A stretch of 64,000 nucleotides of DNA from Thermoplasmata archaeon (GCA_030038655.1 JASHSP010000113.1:5420-69419), one strand, 5' to 3'. Shown: positions 17,946-26,580, counted from the first letter of the stretch. The notes: a model not told the origin generated them from the letters alone. Program-made: numbers and translations.

Positions 17946-19481
17946 TCACCTCGATCTCGAAGCCGGCCCCGGCGCGGGTCCGCCGCGCCGGGCGCCCCGC
18001 GTCAAGAGCTGCGAGAGCTCGGTCACCTCGAGGTAGGCGGCTGCAAGATCGTTCTCCCGCACCAGCGCCATCGTTCGGCTGATCCGGGCCCGCGCCTCGA
18101 ATGAGGTCTGGCGGTCGAGTTGCAGGGTTTCCATCCGGGCGACCTCGCGCTTCAGAAGGCGCGTTACGGCCAGCGATCCCGGGGAGAGCCCGGCGAGGTC
18201 GTCGAATCCGGTCGGGCCCTCCGGCGGGGGGGCCGCGGTGGGCGGACGGGCCGGGGCGGATGTTCCCGACGCGGCCATCGAGGGTCGGCCCCCCGGCGCC
18301 CCGCCGGGCGTCGCGACCGGTCGCACGGCGTTCGAAGGGGCGCTGGAAGGGACCGTCCGAACCGGACCGGCGGGAGTGGCTCCCGGGGAAGAGTCCCCGG
18401 TGGCGGCGGGTGCCGGCAGCGGGGTCACCGGTGGATTGCTCACACCGGTCGGCCTCGGAGAACCCCCGCTCGGTCCCCCGGGATACCGGAACGTGTACGC
18501 CCACGTTCCGTCCAGCACCACGAAATCGAATCGGCTTGCGTCGCTGCCGCCCGGGCGAAGGATCGGCTTGCCGAGAGTGTCGGCGACCTTCACCAGGTCG
18601 GCGAATCGGTCGACCCGGATCAGCGACGCCGAGCCGACGACGGTCTCGGTCTCGGCGATCGCCTCCTCGTACGGCGCGATCATCTGCTCGAGCGGCGGGA
18701 CCGCCTCGTCCTCCGGCCGGCGGGTCGCGAACCAGAGGCTGCCTCCCAGTCCGCCGAGGGAGAGCGCGAGGGCCGTCGACGGCACGAGCGCGGTCGTCGC
18801 ACCGGTGCTGGTGCCGGCCGGGGGTGCGACGATCGCCCCGGAGCTCGAGTAGTTGAGCCCGGTCGGCGTGATGAGCGACCCCGCGAACGTCAGGTTCAGG
18901 ATCGGCGCCTCCGCGAACGGTTGGCGAATCCCCGCCACCGCGATCGAGCCGGTGATGTGCGGCTCGAGCGAGAGGACGAACTCCGTGCCCGCGAAGCCGA
19001 CCTGGCGGTTGATCGACTGGGCCAGGGCGACGACGGCGGAGACGTTCACGTCGTAGTGGCTGGGGAGGGCGAGGAAGGTCGCGTCGGTCAACGTCGTCTG
19101 GTTGGTCGACGCAAACAGCGGCTTCGACCAGACGGTCGTGGACAGGTCGACGCCGAGCGACTCGTTGACCGTGATGGACGCCGGACGATCGGCGACCAGG
19201 GCGTAGATCAGGCTGACGTTGATCCAGTTCGTGATCGGCGTGAACAGCGTGATGTTGCCGCCGTAGACCTCGGTGGAGTTGTTGTAGAGCACGCTCGCGT
19301 TGACGGCCGCGGCGAACGAGTTGGCGCCCGTCTGCGAGAACGTTGCGACCGTGGTGCCCGCCGCGTTCGAACCGGCCGGATGGACCTGGGCGTCCAAGTA
19401 GTAGGCCGCCCAGACGGTCGTGAGAACGAAGACGACCGCCAAGGCGGACGCGACGGTCCGAACCCGCGCCGAGACCCTCAC
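17946..19481 (-). CDS. Larger SipW-cognate-type substrate / TapA-like accessory protein: signal anchor, N-glycosylated domain, Pro/Thr/Ser-rich linker and C-terminal coiled coil
   Basis: The GTG start at 19479-19481 overlaps the peptidase gene stop (GTGA). The N-terminus VSARVRTVASALAVVFVLTTVWAAYYLDAQ has the TxWAAF/YxD motif of TasA/TapA N-termini. The body carries many NxS/T sequons. The tail is PTGVSNPPVTPLPAPAATGDSSPGATPAG followed by the helical LKREVARMETLQLDRQTSFEARARISRTMALVRENDLAAAYLEVTELSQLL. The ORF track's extension to 19727 overlaps the upstream gene and is rejected. Confidence 0.6.
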   Translation of the reverse strand: MRVSARVRTVASALAVVFVLTTVWAAYYLDAQVHPAGSNAAGTTVATFSQTGANSFAAAVNASVLYNNSTEVYGGNITLFTPITNWINVSLIYALVADRPASITVNESLGVDLSTTVWSKPLFASTNQTTLTDATFLALPSHYDVNVSAVVALAQSINRQVGFAGTEFVLSLEPHITGSIAVAGIRQPFAEAPILNLTFAGSLITPTGLNYSSSGAIVAPPAGTSTGATTALVPSTALALSLGGLGGSLWFATRRPEDEAVPPLEQMIAPYEEAIAETETVVGSASLIRVDRFADLVKVADTLGKPILRPGGSDASRFDFVVLDGTWAYTFRYPGGPSGGSPRPTGVSNPPVTPLPAPAATGDSSPGATPAGPVRTVPSSAPSNAVRPVATPGGAPGGRPSMAASGTSAPARPPTAAPPPEGPTGFDDLAGLSPGSLAVTRLLKREVARMETLQLDRQTSFEARARISRTMALVRENDLAAAYLEVTELSQLLTRGARRGGPAPGPASRSR

Positions 19482-20836
19482 TTGCGCTCTCCTCGCCAGA
19501 CGACCGGAACCAGGATCGCGAGGAACACCACCGACGCGGCGAACAAGCGGTCCAGGATCAGGTAGCCCACGTACGGCACGTAGAAGACGACCGCCCCCAA
19601 GACATTCGCGTACGCGACCGTGCACGGGTCTTCCACGGGGTTGGCGTCGCCCTTCGTCTGGTAGACCCAGTCCGGTCCGCCGGAGACGATCCGGATCACC
19701 CGATGGACGGTCGGCGACGGCAGGCAATGGACGTCGAACGCGATGATGGTGCCGACCTTGATGTCGGCCGGTGCGACGTGCTCCACGACCACGAGTTCGC
19801 CCCGATGGAACGTCGGAACCATGCTGCCCGTCGCGATCGCGAGCACCGGCGACGGGGTGCCGAGGACGACGGGCAGGCCGTAGACAAACGAGATCGCGAC
19901 GACTCCGACGACGGCCGCGCTGACGAACGTTCCCCGGAGAGCGGCGCGCTCGCGGGCGCGACTACGGAACCGGAATCGGCGCGGGCCGATGCGCTCGCCC
20001 AGGTAGCGGAGTTTCTGCAGCCGGGGTTCCTCGAGCCCGAGCCCGACGATGACCAGGACCACGGCGTAGGCGACCAGCGCCGCGGCGAACTCGGTCTCCC
20101 ACCCCGGGAACCGGGCGGCGTAGGGCAGGAGCGTCGTCAGCGCCGAAACTCCGGCGGCCAGCGTGATGGGGCCCACCAGGCTCCAGCGGGTCTTGTACAG
20201 GTAGAAGGCCAGCACGATCCCCGCGACGAACGAAAGGATCGTCGTGGAGAAGAGGAACTGCACGGCGGCCGTCGGCCCGAGGAGCGGGAGGGCTCGGAGA
20301 TCGGTCGCGTTGAGGGCGTACATCCCGGCAGCGGCCAGCATGGCCGCCCGGAGCGGAAGGACCCGCGTGAGGGTACGGAACACGTACCCGAAGAACAGCC
20401 CGACCTCGGCGAGCGCGAGAACGGGGGTGCTCAGCAGCAGCAGCCCGAACGGGATGGGGGGGGTCGGCACGAGCTTGCCGAACCCGAACAAAAATCCCGG
20501 GTCGATCGACACGGCGAGGTAGAGCAGGATGAGCAGGGCGGCGAACGTCATGCTCGCCGACAGCGGCTCGCGAAGCGCGAACCCAAAATCGCGAAGGGGG
20601 CGCCGCTCCAGCTTCGCGGCGAGGAGGAGGAGGCCGACGAGCGCGGCGCCCAGGGCGAACAGACCGAGGTAGCTGCCGTAGCCGGTGAGCCACCGGACGA
20701 GGAAGCCGTAGACCTGCGTCGTCAGGATCGCGGCGGCGGCGATCCCAAGCGCCATCGCGAGGCTCTGGCGGCGGGATAGTCCTCCCGCGGGTGGCGATGC
20801 GAGGGCCGTGCGGGGCACGGTGGCGGCCACGCTCAC
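19478..20836 (-). CDS. Signal peptidase I (S26, archaeal Sec11/SipW-type) fused to a ~300-aa N-terminal polytopic (about 8-TM) membrane domain
   Basis: The C-terminal ~130 aa hold the catalytic Ser box (IATGSMVPTFHRGELVVVEHV), a His box (VHRVIRI) and the GDN-type box (KGDANPVEDP), followed by a C-terminal TM helix. The N-terminal domain has repeated hydrophobic helices with a weak Abi/CPBP-like layout but no intact EExxxR/FxxxH motifs. Confidence 0.7.
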   Translation of the reverse strand: MSVAATVPRTALASPPAGGLSRRQSLAMALGIAAAAILTTQVYGFLVRWLTGYGSYLGLFALGAALVGLLLLAAKLERRPLRDFGFALREPLSASMTFAALLILLYLAVSIDPGFLFGFGKLVPTPPIPFGLLLLSTPVLALAEVGLFFGYVFRTLTRVLPLRAAMLAAAGMYALNATDLRALPLLGPTAAVQFLFSTTILSFVAGIVLAFYLYKTRWSLVGPITLAAGVSALTTLLPYAARFPGWETEFAAALVAYAVVLVIVGLGLEEPRLQKLRYLGERIGPRRFRFRSRARERAALRGTFVSAAVVGVVAISFVYGLPVVLGTPSPVLAIATGSMVPTFHRGELVVVEHVAPADIKVGTIIAFDVHCLPSPTVHRVIRIVSGGPDWVYQTKGDANPVEDPCTVAYANVLGAVVFYVPYVGYLILDRLFAASVVFLAILVPVVWRGERK

Positions 20837-20837
20837 C

Positions 20838-21539
20838 TCACTTTCGGGATCGGGCGCGGGCCGAGCGGCGGATGTTGACCGATGCCGGCATGACGGCGAG
20901 ATCCCCCCGGGCCCCCGAATCTAGGCGCGGCCCCACGACGGGGGCTTGCCCGTCACGCAACCACCAGCGCTCGATCGAGTCGATCGGAAGTCCCGGGTCG
21001 GGGAACCGCTCCCCCGGGGAGACGAGTCCCCCGGACCGTCCGATGTGCGGAAGGGCGATCTCCGCGAGGGCGATCCTCGAGACCGTGCGCCCATGCGAGG
21101 AACTTCGTGGGCCCTGTCCCAGGGGAGCACCCCCGAGCGAACGGTACAGCTCACCCAGGATCGATTCGAACTCGGCGGTCTTGGCCAGCAACCGCTCGAT
21201 GGAATCCAGCACTGCCTCGGCGCGAACGGTGAGGCGGAACCCGCCCGGCGTCGGTCGCACCAGGTCGAAGGCGATGCCGAAGTTGAGGTACCGCCGGAAG
21301 GAGGAGGGGTTCAGGTTGGCCAGCCCGATGATCCGGGTCTTTTTCGGCTCCTGCCGAACCGCCCGGAGGAAGTCACGGAGGACTTCGACCCTCGTGCGGT
21401 AGCCCGCCTCCTCGCGCTGCGTCGACAGCCCCCCCCTACGCCCCGGACCCGCGCCGAGGCGGCGCGGGCTGCTGCGTGCCCTGGGACCCCCCCCAAAGTA
21501 TATGAGGGCTTGGTCAAGCCAAGACCCGACTTCGCGCAC
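20838..21539 (-). CDS. Putative winged-helix transcriptional regulator, first gene of the SipW-like operon
   Basis: 233 aa with a candidate wHTH (TRIIGLANLNPSSFRRYLNFGIAFDLVRPTPGGFRLTV). Its stop lies 2 nt from the peptidase start. The true start may be internal; function is inferred only from fold-like pattern and position. Confidence 0.35.
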   Translation of the reverse strand: MREVGSWLDQALIYFGGGPRARSSPRRLGAGPGRRGGLSTQREEAGYRTRVEVLRDFLRAVRQEPKKTRIIGLANLNPSSFRRYLNFGIAFDLVRPTPGGFRLTVRAEAVLDSIERLLAKTAEFESILGELYRSLGGAPLGQGPRSSSHGRTVSRIALAEIALPHIGRSGGLVSPGERFPDPGLPIDSIERWWLRDGQAPVVGPRLDSGARGDLAVMPASVNIRRSARARSRK

Positions 21540-21631
21540 GACTCGCCGTTTCCCCGGGCACCCCTTTCGGTTCCCGGTCCGAGGGCGCTTGCGGGGCGGG
21601 GTCCCCGCGCGTGGTCGGAACCGCCACCCGT

Positions 21632-22372
21632 TCAGACCGGGATCGAGTAGCGGACGATCGGGCTGTCGATGTACTCGAGCACCCGGTCCTTGCCGAGCTC
21701 GCCGGCGGTCCGGAAGGCGAGGGGAAGCAACCGGTCCCGATCGGCCGCACTCAGTGCGGGGATCTCCGTCAGCACGGTAGCGACCGGCGCGACGTGCCGG
21801 TCGAAGGACGCGAGTACCGCGGCAAAGTTCGGGAAGGCAAGTTGGAACAGTTGCAGCTGCAGCTCCACGCCGGAAGGTATTGGTAAGGCGAGGTAGCTCT
21901 TCATCTCGTAGAACCGGTCGCGTCCGTTCCAGTAGTCGGGCTGGGCATAGAATCCGGCGCGCTCGTTGATCAGGACCAGGCGGCTCTTCGGTCGAAGCAG
22001 CCCCATCACCTCGCTCCGCCGGAACGCTTGCAGCACCCCCGCCACCTGGGCCAGCTGCTTATCCCGGTCCGCGGGGACAAGGGACAGGTCCGCGTCCGCC
22101 AGCTCGCCGTCGAGCGTTTCCGCGGCGAGCCGGTTCATCGCGGCGGCGGTCGGCCGGCGGGACGCGCGGAACTCGTGGCTGTACCGGGAGAGCACGCTGT
22201 CGATGGCCCGTCCGACGGCGAGACCGAGCTCGTCGCGCTCGGTCACCGGGCGGGGGTGCACGGCCTGGACGATCTCGTACGCCGCAAGCGTCCGGACGGT
22301 CGTCATCGTCGCGCCCCGCGAACGCCATCCTCCGGAAGCAAAGGCCGTGACGGCTCGACGCCGGGACAACAC
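21632..22372 (-). CDS. Hypothetical protein with PD-(D/E)xK nuclease-like motif
   Basis: ..RLVLINERAGFYAQPDYWNGRDRFYEMKSY.. fits the E..D..ExK core of restriction-endonuclease-fold proteins. A probable start is at MTTVRTLAAYEI (about 22306). No other recognisable domain. Confidence 0.4.
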   Translation of the reverse strand: MLSRRRAVTAFASGGWRSRGATMTTVRTLAAYEIVQAVHPRPVTERDELGLAVGRAIDSVLSRYSHEFRASRRPTAAAMNRLAAETLDGELADADLSLVPADRDKQLAQVAGVLQAFRRSEVMGLLRPKSRLVLINERAGFYAQPDYWNGRDRFYEMKSYLALPIPSGVELQLQLFQLAFPNFAAVLASFDRHVAPVATVLTEIPALSAADRDRLLPLAFRTAGELGKDRVLEYIDSPIVRYSIPV

Positions 22373-22490
22373 TCTTGGGCCCGCGCGGGCGTAGGGTGCG
22401 TGGGGGGCGGCACGATGGGTTCCGTCGATGCGCGAGGGGTACCGCTCCGGAGATCGCGCTCCTCACGGCCCGGGGGTTGGTGACGCGCCG

Positions 22491-22628
22491 ATGGAATCGG
22501 GACCGAGCTCCGTGCGGTGCCCGCAGTGCGGGAAGCTCGTCCCGGTGACCCCCGACTGGCGGCTGGTGCAATGCCCGGAGTGCGGGGCGGTCGTCAGCCG
22601 GATGGATACGGACGAGCGGTTCGACTGA
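22491..22628 (+). CDS. Small zinc-ribbon protein (CPQCG..CPECG)
   Basis: A 45-aa ORF from the ATG at 22491 has two CxxCG knuckles spaced for a zinc ribbon. The ORF track starts earlier at 22428. Confidence 0.4.
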   Translation: MESGPSSVRCPQCGKLVPVTPDWRLVQCPECGAVVSRMDTDERFD

Positions 22629-22658
22629 CCGTCGTCCCCCGGGGGCCGCCGACTCGCC

Positions 22659-23456
22659 TCAAGCGGGCGCCGACGACGCGGGATCCGCCCAACGTCGCGG
22701 GTTCCACGTCGCCAGCGCCTCGACCCGATGGTACGTGACCGTCCGGTCCCCGACCTGCTCGCGAGCAAGGGCCACCGCCTTCTGGAGCGCCTCGGGCGGG
22801 ACGGCGAGCAGGTTCCGGTGGCCGCGCTTGGCCAGGTGGTCGATCCGATCGCGAACGGACTCCGTGACGTCGCGTTCGCTGAGAACCGTGAGAGCGTCCG
22901 GGGGGAGTCGGGCGAGGAGGTCCCGCTCCTTGGCTCGCGGGCTGGCCCGCGGCGGGATCGGGTACCCCTGCTCGCGCAGGATCTTCCGGACGAGCTGGCG
23001 CGGGCCGTCCTCCCGACGGTCCTCCTCACGCCCGTCGTTCGCCCGCGGGTGCACGAGGGCGAACGTCCCGACGCGGCTCACCCGTGACGCCTCGCGGAGG
23101 GCGCGCTCCGGGTCCTCGAGCACGTGCAGCACGTGGACGAAGAGGGTCGCGTCGAAGGCGGACTCCCCGAACGGGAGCCGATAGCCGCTCCCCCGGACGA
23201 GCCGCACGAGGCCCTTCGCGCGCGCCTTCGCGAGCATCCCCCTCGATGCGTCCACGCCGGTGACGTCGATCCGTCGGTCCGTGAGAGGTCGGGCGACGCG
23301 CCCGGTACCGACACCGACCTCGAGGACCGAGGATGCGCCCGCGTGGCGGAGCGCCTCGGCGACCCCGTCGACGGTCGCGGGGTCGAGCGGGTCCCGGGTC
23401 TCGTCGTAGACGACGGAGATCTGGTCGAACTCCGCGGCGACGTCGCGGGTAGGCAT
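22659..23456 (-). CDS. Class I SAM-dependent methyltransferase (Methyltransf_11-like, small-molecule/protein type)
   Basis: Motif I LEVGVGTGRVARPL, post-I acidic DVTGVDAS and motif II/III are present. No DPPY/NPPY DNA-methylase motif. Confidence 0.75.
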   Translation of the reverse strand: MPTRDVAAEFDQISVVYDETRDPLDPATVDGVAEALRHAGASSVLEVGVGTGRVARPLTDRRIDVTGVDASRGMLAKARAKGLVRLVRGSGYRLPFGESAFDATLFVHVLHVLEDPERALREASRVSRVGTFALVHPRANDGREEDRREDGPRQLVRKILREQGYPIPPRASPRAKERDLLARLPPDALTVLSERDVTESVRDRIDHLAKRGHRNLLAVPPEALQKAVALAREQVGDRTVTYHRVEALATWNPRRWADPASSAPA

Positions 23457-23511
23457 CGGACTCCGGCGCGGCCGTCCTCAAGGGTGCGGGCCCGGCCGCA
23501 GCGGGGGGCCC

Positions 23512-26394
23512 TTACGCCGTGCCCGGCTCCCCGAGCGGGCGGGCGACCGCGGTACCGGCCCGGGCGCGCGAGACCGCGGCCACGTCGAGCGCGTTCAGGA
23601 GCGGCGCACCGGAGCTCTTCGCGACGAACGTCACCGGCTCGACGAGCGCGGCGCCCTTCACGGCCACGTGGTGCGGTGCTCCGGGCGACGTGTACCCCAC
23701 CACCGGGCCCACGAGGACCGGGTAGCTGCCGTTTCCGAGGTGGAAGACGATCGACGTGGACGTGGAGTTCTTGACCACGCCGGAGATCGTCACGTTCCAA
23801 ACCGTGCCCGACGGAAGACCGGTCTCGGTGAAGATCACCGCGTAGGTCCAGGCGTACGCCAGCGCCATCGCCAGGTTCTTCGTCTCCACGGCCAGCGAGC
23901 CCGTGAGCGGGACCGTCTTGCCGCCCAGCTTCGCCGTGATAAGGCGGGCTCCGTGCGCCGCGATGGAGTACGCGTAGTTGCCGGGCGTCAGGTTCAGGAC
24001 GACCAGCATGGTGGACGTGGAGCAGCGCTGCCAAGACTCGAGCGCGACGCACCAGGCGGACCCGGTCGGGAGCTGCGATTCCTTGAACGTCAGCGTATAG
24101 GTCTTGGCGGTGAGGAACGTGAAGCTCACGACCACCGACGTGCCGGTGACGTTGACGGTCCCAGCCGGCGGGACCCCCGAGACCCGCTGGCCCGACGGCC
24201 CCGCGAGCAGGTAGGAGTATGACCCGTTGGAGACGAAAAACGGAACGGCGGTGAGGTCCGAGACGACCGGGAGTCCATCCAGGACCACCGTCCAGGTCGT
24301 GTTGGCCGGCAGGCCGGTCTGCCGGAACGTCACGGAGAGGGTCTGCGTGTTGCGAAGCACCGAAACCGTGCCGGTGGCCATGTCGGCGACGTACGCGACG
24401 GAGTTCGCCGAATCGTAGTCCGCGGCCTCGGGATTGTTGCCGACGGGGATCGTCGACGCCACGGAGTTCGTGGCGTCCGCGATCACGGTGGTCGTGTTCG
24501 ACTCGAAGTTCGCGACCAGAATATCCGCGGCCAGCCGGCCCTGGTACGTCAGCGAGACCGGGTCGGACCCTACGTCGACGGTCGCGGTGACCTTGTCCGT
24601 GAGGTCGGAGATTACGCTCACGTTGTCCGAGCCCGAGTTCGCGACGAAGATCTCCCCCCGTCCGCTGTCGTAGGCCAGGGCGGCGGGCGCGGTGCCCGTG
24701 TGAACGGTGGCGACCACGACGTCCACCACGTCCAGGATCACGCTCAGGTTGTTCGAGCCGGCGTTCGCGACGAACGTCTCGTTGACCCCGCTGTCGTAGA
24801 CGATCGCGTCCGGGTCGACACCCACGGGTACCGAGGCGCCGATGGTGCCGGACGTGAGGTTGTACACGGTGACGTTGTTCGACTGCGAGTTCGCGACGAG
24901 CAGCGCGTTGCGCGTCGGGTCGAAGGCGAGACCCGCGGGACCGAAGCCCACGGGGATGCTCTGGATTACCTTGCCGGTCGTATCGGAGATGACACTGAGG
25001 TTGTTCGAGCCGAGGTTGGCGACGTACATCCGCCCGAGCTCGCTGTCGTAAACCATGCTGACGGGATCGGTGCCGACCCGGACAGTGGACACGATCGAGT
25101 TGCTCGCAGCGGAGAGGATGTCCACCGTGTCGGACAGGCTGTCCGCCACGAACTGCTGACCGGTCCCGCTGTCGTAGGCGACGGCGTCGGGGGTCGCCGC
25201 GAGTGCGACCGTCCCGACCACCGTGCTCGTAAGGCCGTCCAGGACGGAGACGTTGTCCGTTCCGGAGTTCGTCACGTACAGGCGGTCGGTGGTGGAGTCG
25301 AACACGACGCCCGCGGGGTCCCCCCCCACGTCCGCGTGCGCTACGACCGTGTTGTAGACGTCCGAGATGATGCTGAGGTTGTCGGTGAACGAGTTGGCGA
25401 CCACGACCTCCTTGTTCGCGGGGTCGTAGGCGAGAGCATCCGGCCCGGTCCCGACCGCCACGGAGGCGACGACCTTCCCGGACGTGTCCGAGACGATGCT
25501 CACGTTGCCCGAGAAGTAGTTCGCCACGAACACCTCCTTCTTCTGGGTGTCGTAAGCGAGCGCGACCGGTTCGATGCCCACCGGAACCGCGGCGACCACC
25601 TTGTCGGTCGTGACGGAGATCCCGAGGATGCTGTTCGACCCTTCGTCCGCGACCCACACCACGCGCTTGGCCGCGTCGTAGACGAGCGCCACCGGCTTCG
25701 AGCCCACCGCGATGGACTTCAGGACGCTGCTGTTGTTGCCGTCCCTCAGGACGCTCACGTTGTCGGAGCCCGAGTTGGCGACGAAGATCTCGCTCTTCCC
25801 AGGATCGTATGCCAGCGCAACCGGGGAGGCGCCGACCGTGACGTTCTTCAGGACCGTGTCGTTCACGTCGGCGATGACACTCACGTTGCCCGTGGGGGCG
25901 GTGCCGTTCTCGTTCGCCACGAACGTCTCCTTCTTTCCGCTGTCGTAGGCCACCGCGACGGTGCCGTTCCAGAGTGGGACGTCGGCGACGACCGCGTCGG
26001 ACGTTCCCGAGATCACCGTGACGTTGTTCGCCTTCGAGTCGGCAACGAAGATCTGCTTGAGCACGGGGTCATACGACACCCCCACCGGCCCGTAGGCGTT
26101 GACCGCCAGGAAGTTGCCCGGCTGGAGCGTGTCGTTCGGGAGAACAAGGGTCTCGCTGACCGTGGGCACCGAGACCAACGGGTGGACCTCCGCGGGAGCC
26201 CGGCCGCCCGTCGTCGTTCCCTGCGGCTCGGTCCCGGGGACCGGTGCCCCACGGAGCGACGTGGCCGAAGGGGCCAGGACTGCGCCGACGATGCCCCCGG
26301 TGGTCAGCATCAGGGCGGCCACGGCTGCGGCGAAGAGCAGCACCGGCCAGTTCGGAGAATGTCCCGCGCCCGCTGGCCTACTTTCCGTCTTCAT
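23512..26394 (-). CDS. Surface glycoprotein with N-terminal TM anchor, ~13 YVTN-family beta-propeller repeats and C-terminal Ig-like TGLPxGTxW repeats
   Basis: The N-terminus MKTESRPAGAGHSPNWPVLLFAAAVAALMLTTGGIVGAVL is a TM/signal anchor. Repeating ~40-aa units follow (VGxxPxALAYDxxKxExFVANxGSDNVSVIxD, TIGR02276-type). The tail has ~90-aa repeats (TFRQTGLPANTTWTVVLDG.., TFKESQLPTGSAWCVAL.., IFTETGLPSGTVWNVTISG..). Dense NxS/T sequons throughout. Confidence 0.75.
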   Translation of the reverse strand: MKTESRPAGAGHSPNWPVLLFAAAVAALMLTTGGIVGAVLAPSATSLRGAPVPGTEPQGTTTGGRAPAEVHPLVSVPTVSETLVLPNDTLQPGNFLAVNAYGPVGVSYDPVLKQIFVADSKANNVTVISGTSDAVVADVPLWNGTVAVAYDSGKKETFVANENGTAPTGNVSVIADVNDTVLKNVTVGASPVALAYDPGKSEIFVANSGSDNVSVLRDGNNSSVLKSIAVGSKPVALVYDAAKRVVWVADEGSNSILGISVTTDKVVAAVPVGIEPVALAYDTQKKEVFVANYFSGNVSIVSDTSGKVVASVAVGTGPDALAYDPANKEVVVANSFTDNLSIISDVYNTVVAHADVGGDPAGVVFDSTTDRLYVTNSGTDNVSVLDGLTSTVVGTVALAATPDAVAYDSGTGQQFVADSLSDTVDILSAASNSIVSTVRVGTDPVSMVYDSELGRMYVANLGSNNLSVISDTTGKVIQSIPVGFGPAGLAFDPTRNALLVANSQSNNVTVYNLTSGTIGASVPVGVDPDAIVYDSGVNETFVANAGSNNLSVILDVVDVVVATVHTGTAPAALAYDSGRGEIFVANSGSDNVSVISDLTDKVTATVDVGSDPVSLTYQGRLAADILVANFESNTTTVIADATNSVASTIPVGNNPEAADYDSANSVAYVADMATGTVSVLRNTQTLSVTFRQTGLPANTTWTVVLDGLPVVSDLTAVPFFVSNGSYSYLLAGPSGQRVSGVPPAGTVNVTGTSVVVSFTFLTAKTYTLTFKESQLPTGSAWCVALESWQRCSTSTMLVVLNLTPGNYAYSIAAHGARLITAKLGGKTVPLTGSLAVETKNLAMALAYAWTYAVIFTETGLPSGTVWNVTISGVVKNSTSTSIVFHLGNGSYPVLVGPVVGYTSPGAPHHVAVKGAALVEPVTFVAKSSGAPLLNALDVAAVSRARAGTAVARPLGEPGTA

Positions 26395-26580
26395 CCGCGG
26401 AGTCCCGCGCCGGCAGTTCGACCGATGGGCTTCGTTCGCTTAAACCTTGGCGGCGCTTGCCCCCGTCGGCAAAAGCGGTACGGGACCGGAAACGGTGCCG
26501 CGCTGGGCGGGTCCGAGCGCCCCTTGCCGGTCCAGGCCGGCGCGGCGGAATGCCGCACCGGCCCGTTGTGGACGCCGATC

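Noticed and set aside
19478-20836. Calling the N-terminal domain of the fused peptidase a CPBP/CAAX protease
   Set aside because: The catalytic motifs EExxxR, FxxxH and HxxxB are not intact (AEVGLFFGYVFR, and no His motif). Only the topology resembles Abi/CPBP.
22659-23456. Methyltransferase as part of a restriction-modification system
   Set aside because: It lacks the DPPY/NPPY or (D/N)PP(Y/F/W) DNA-methylase motif and the target-recognition domain. Motif order is that of small-molecule or protein class-I methyltransferases.
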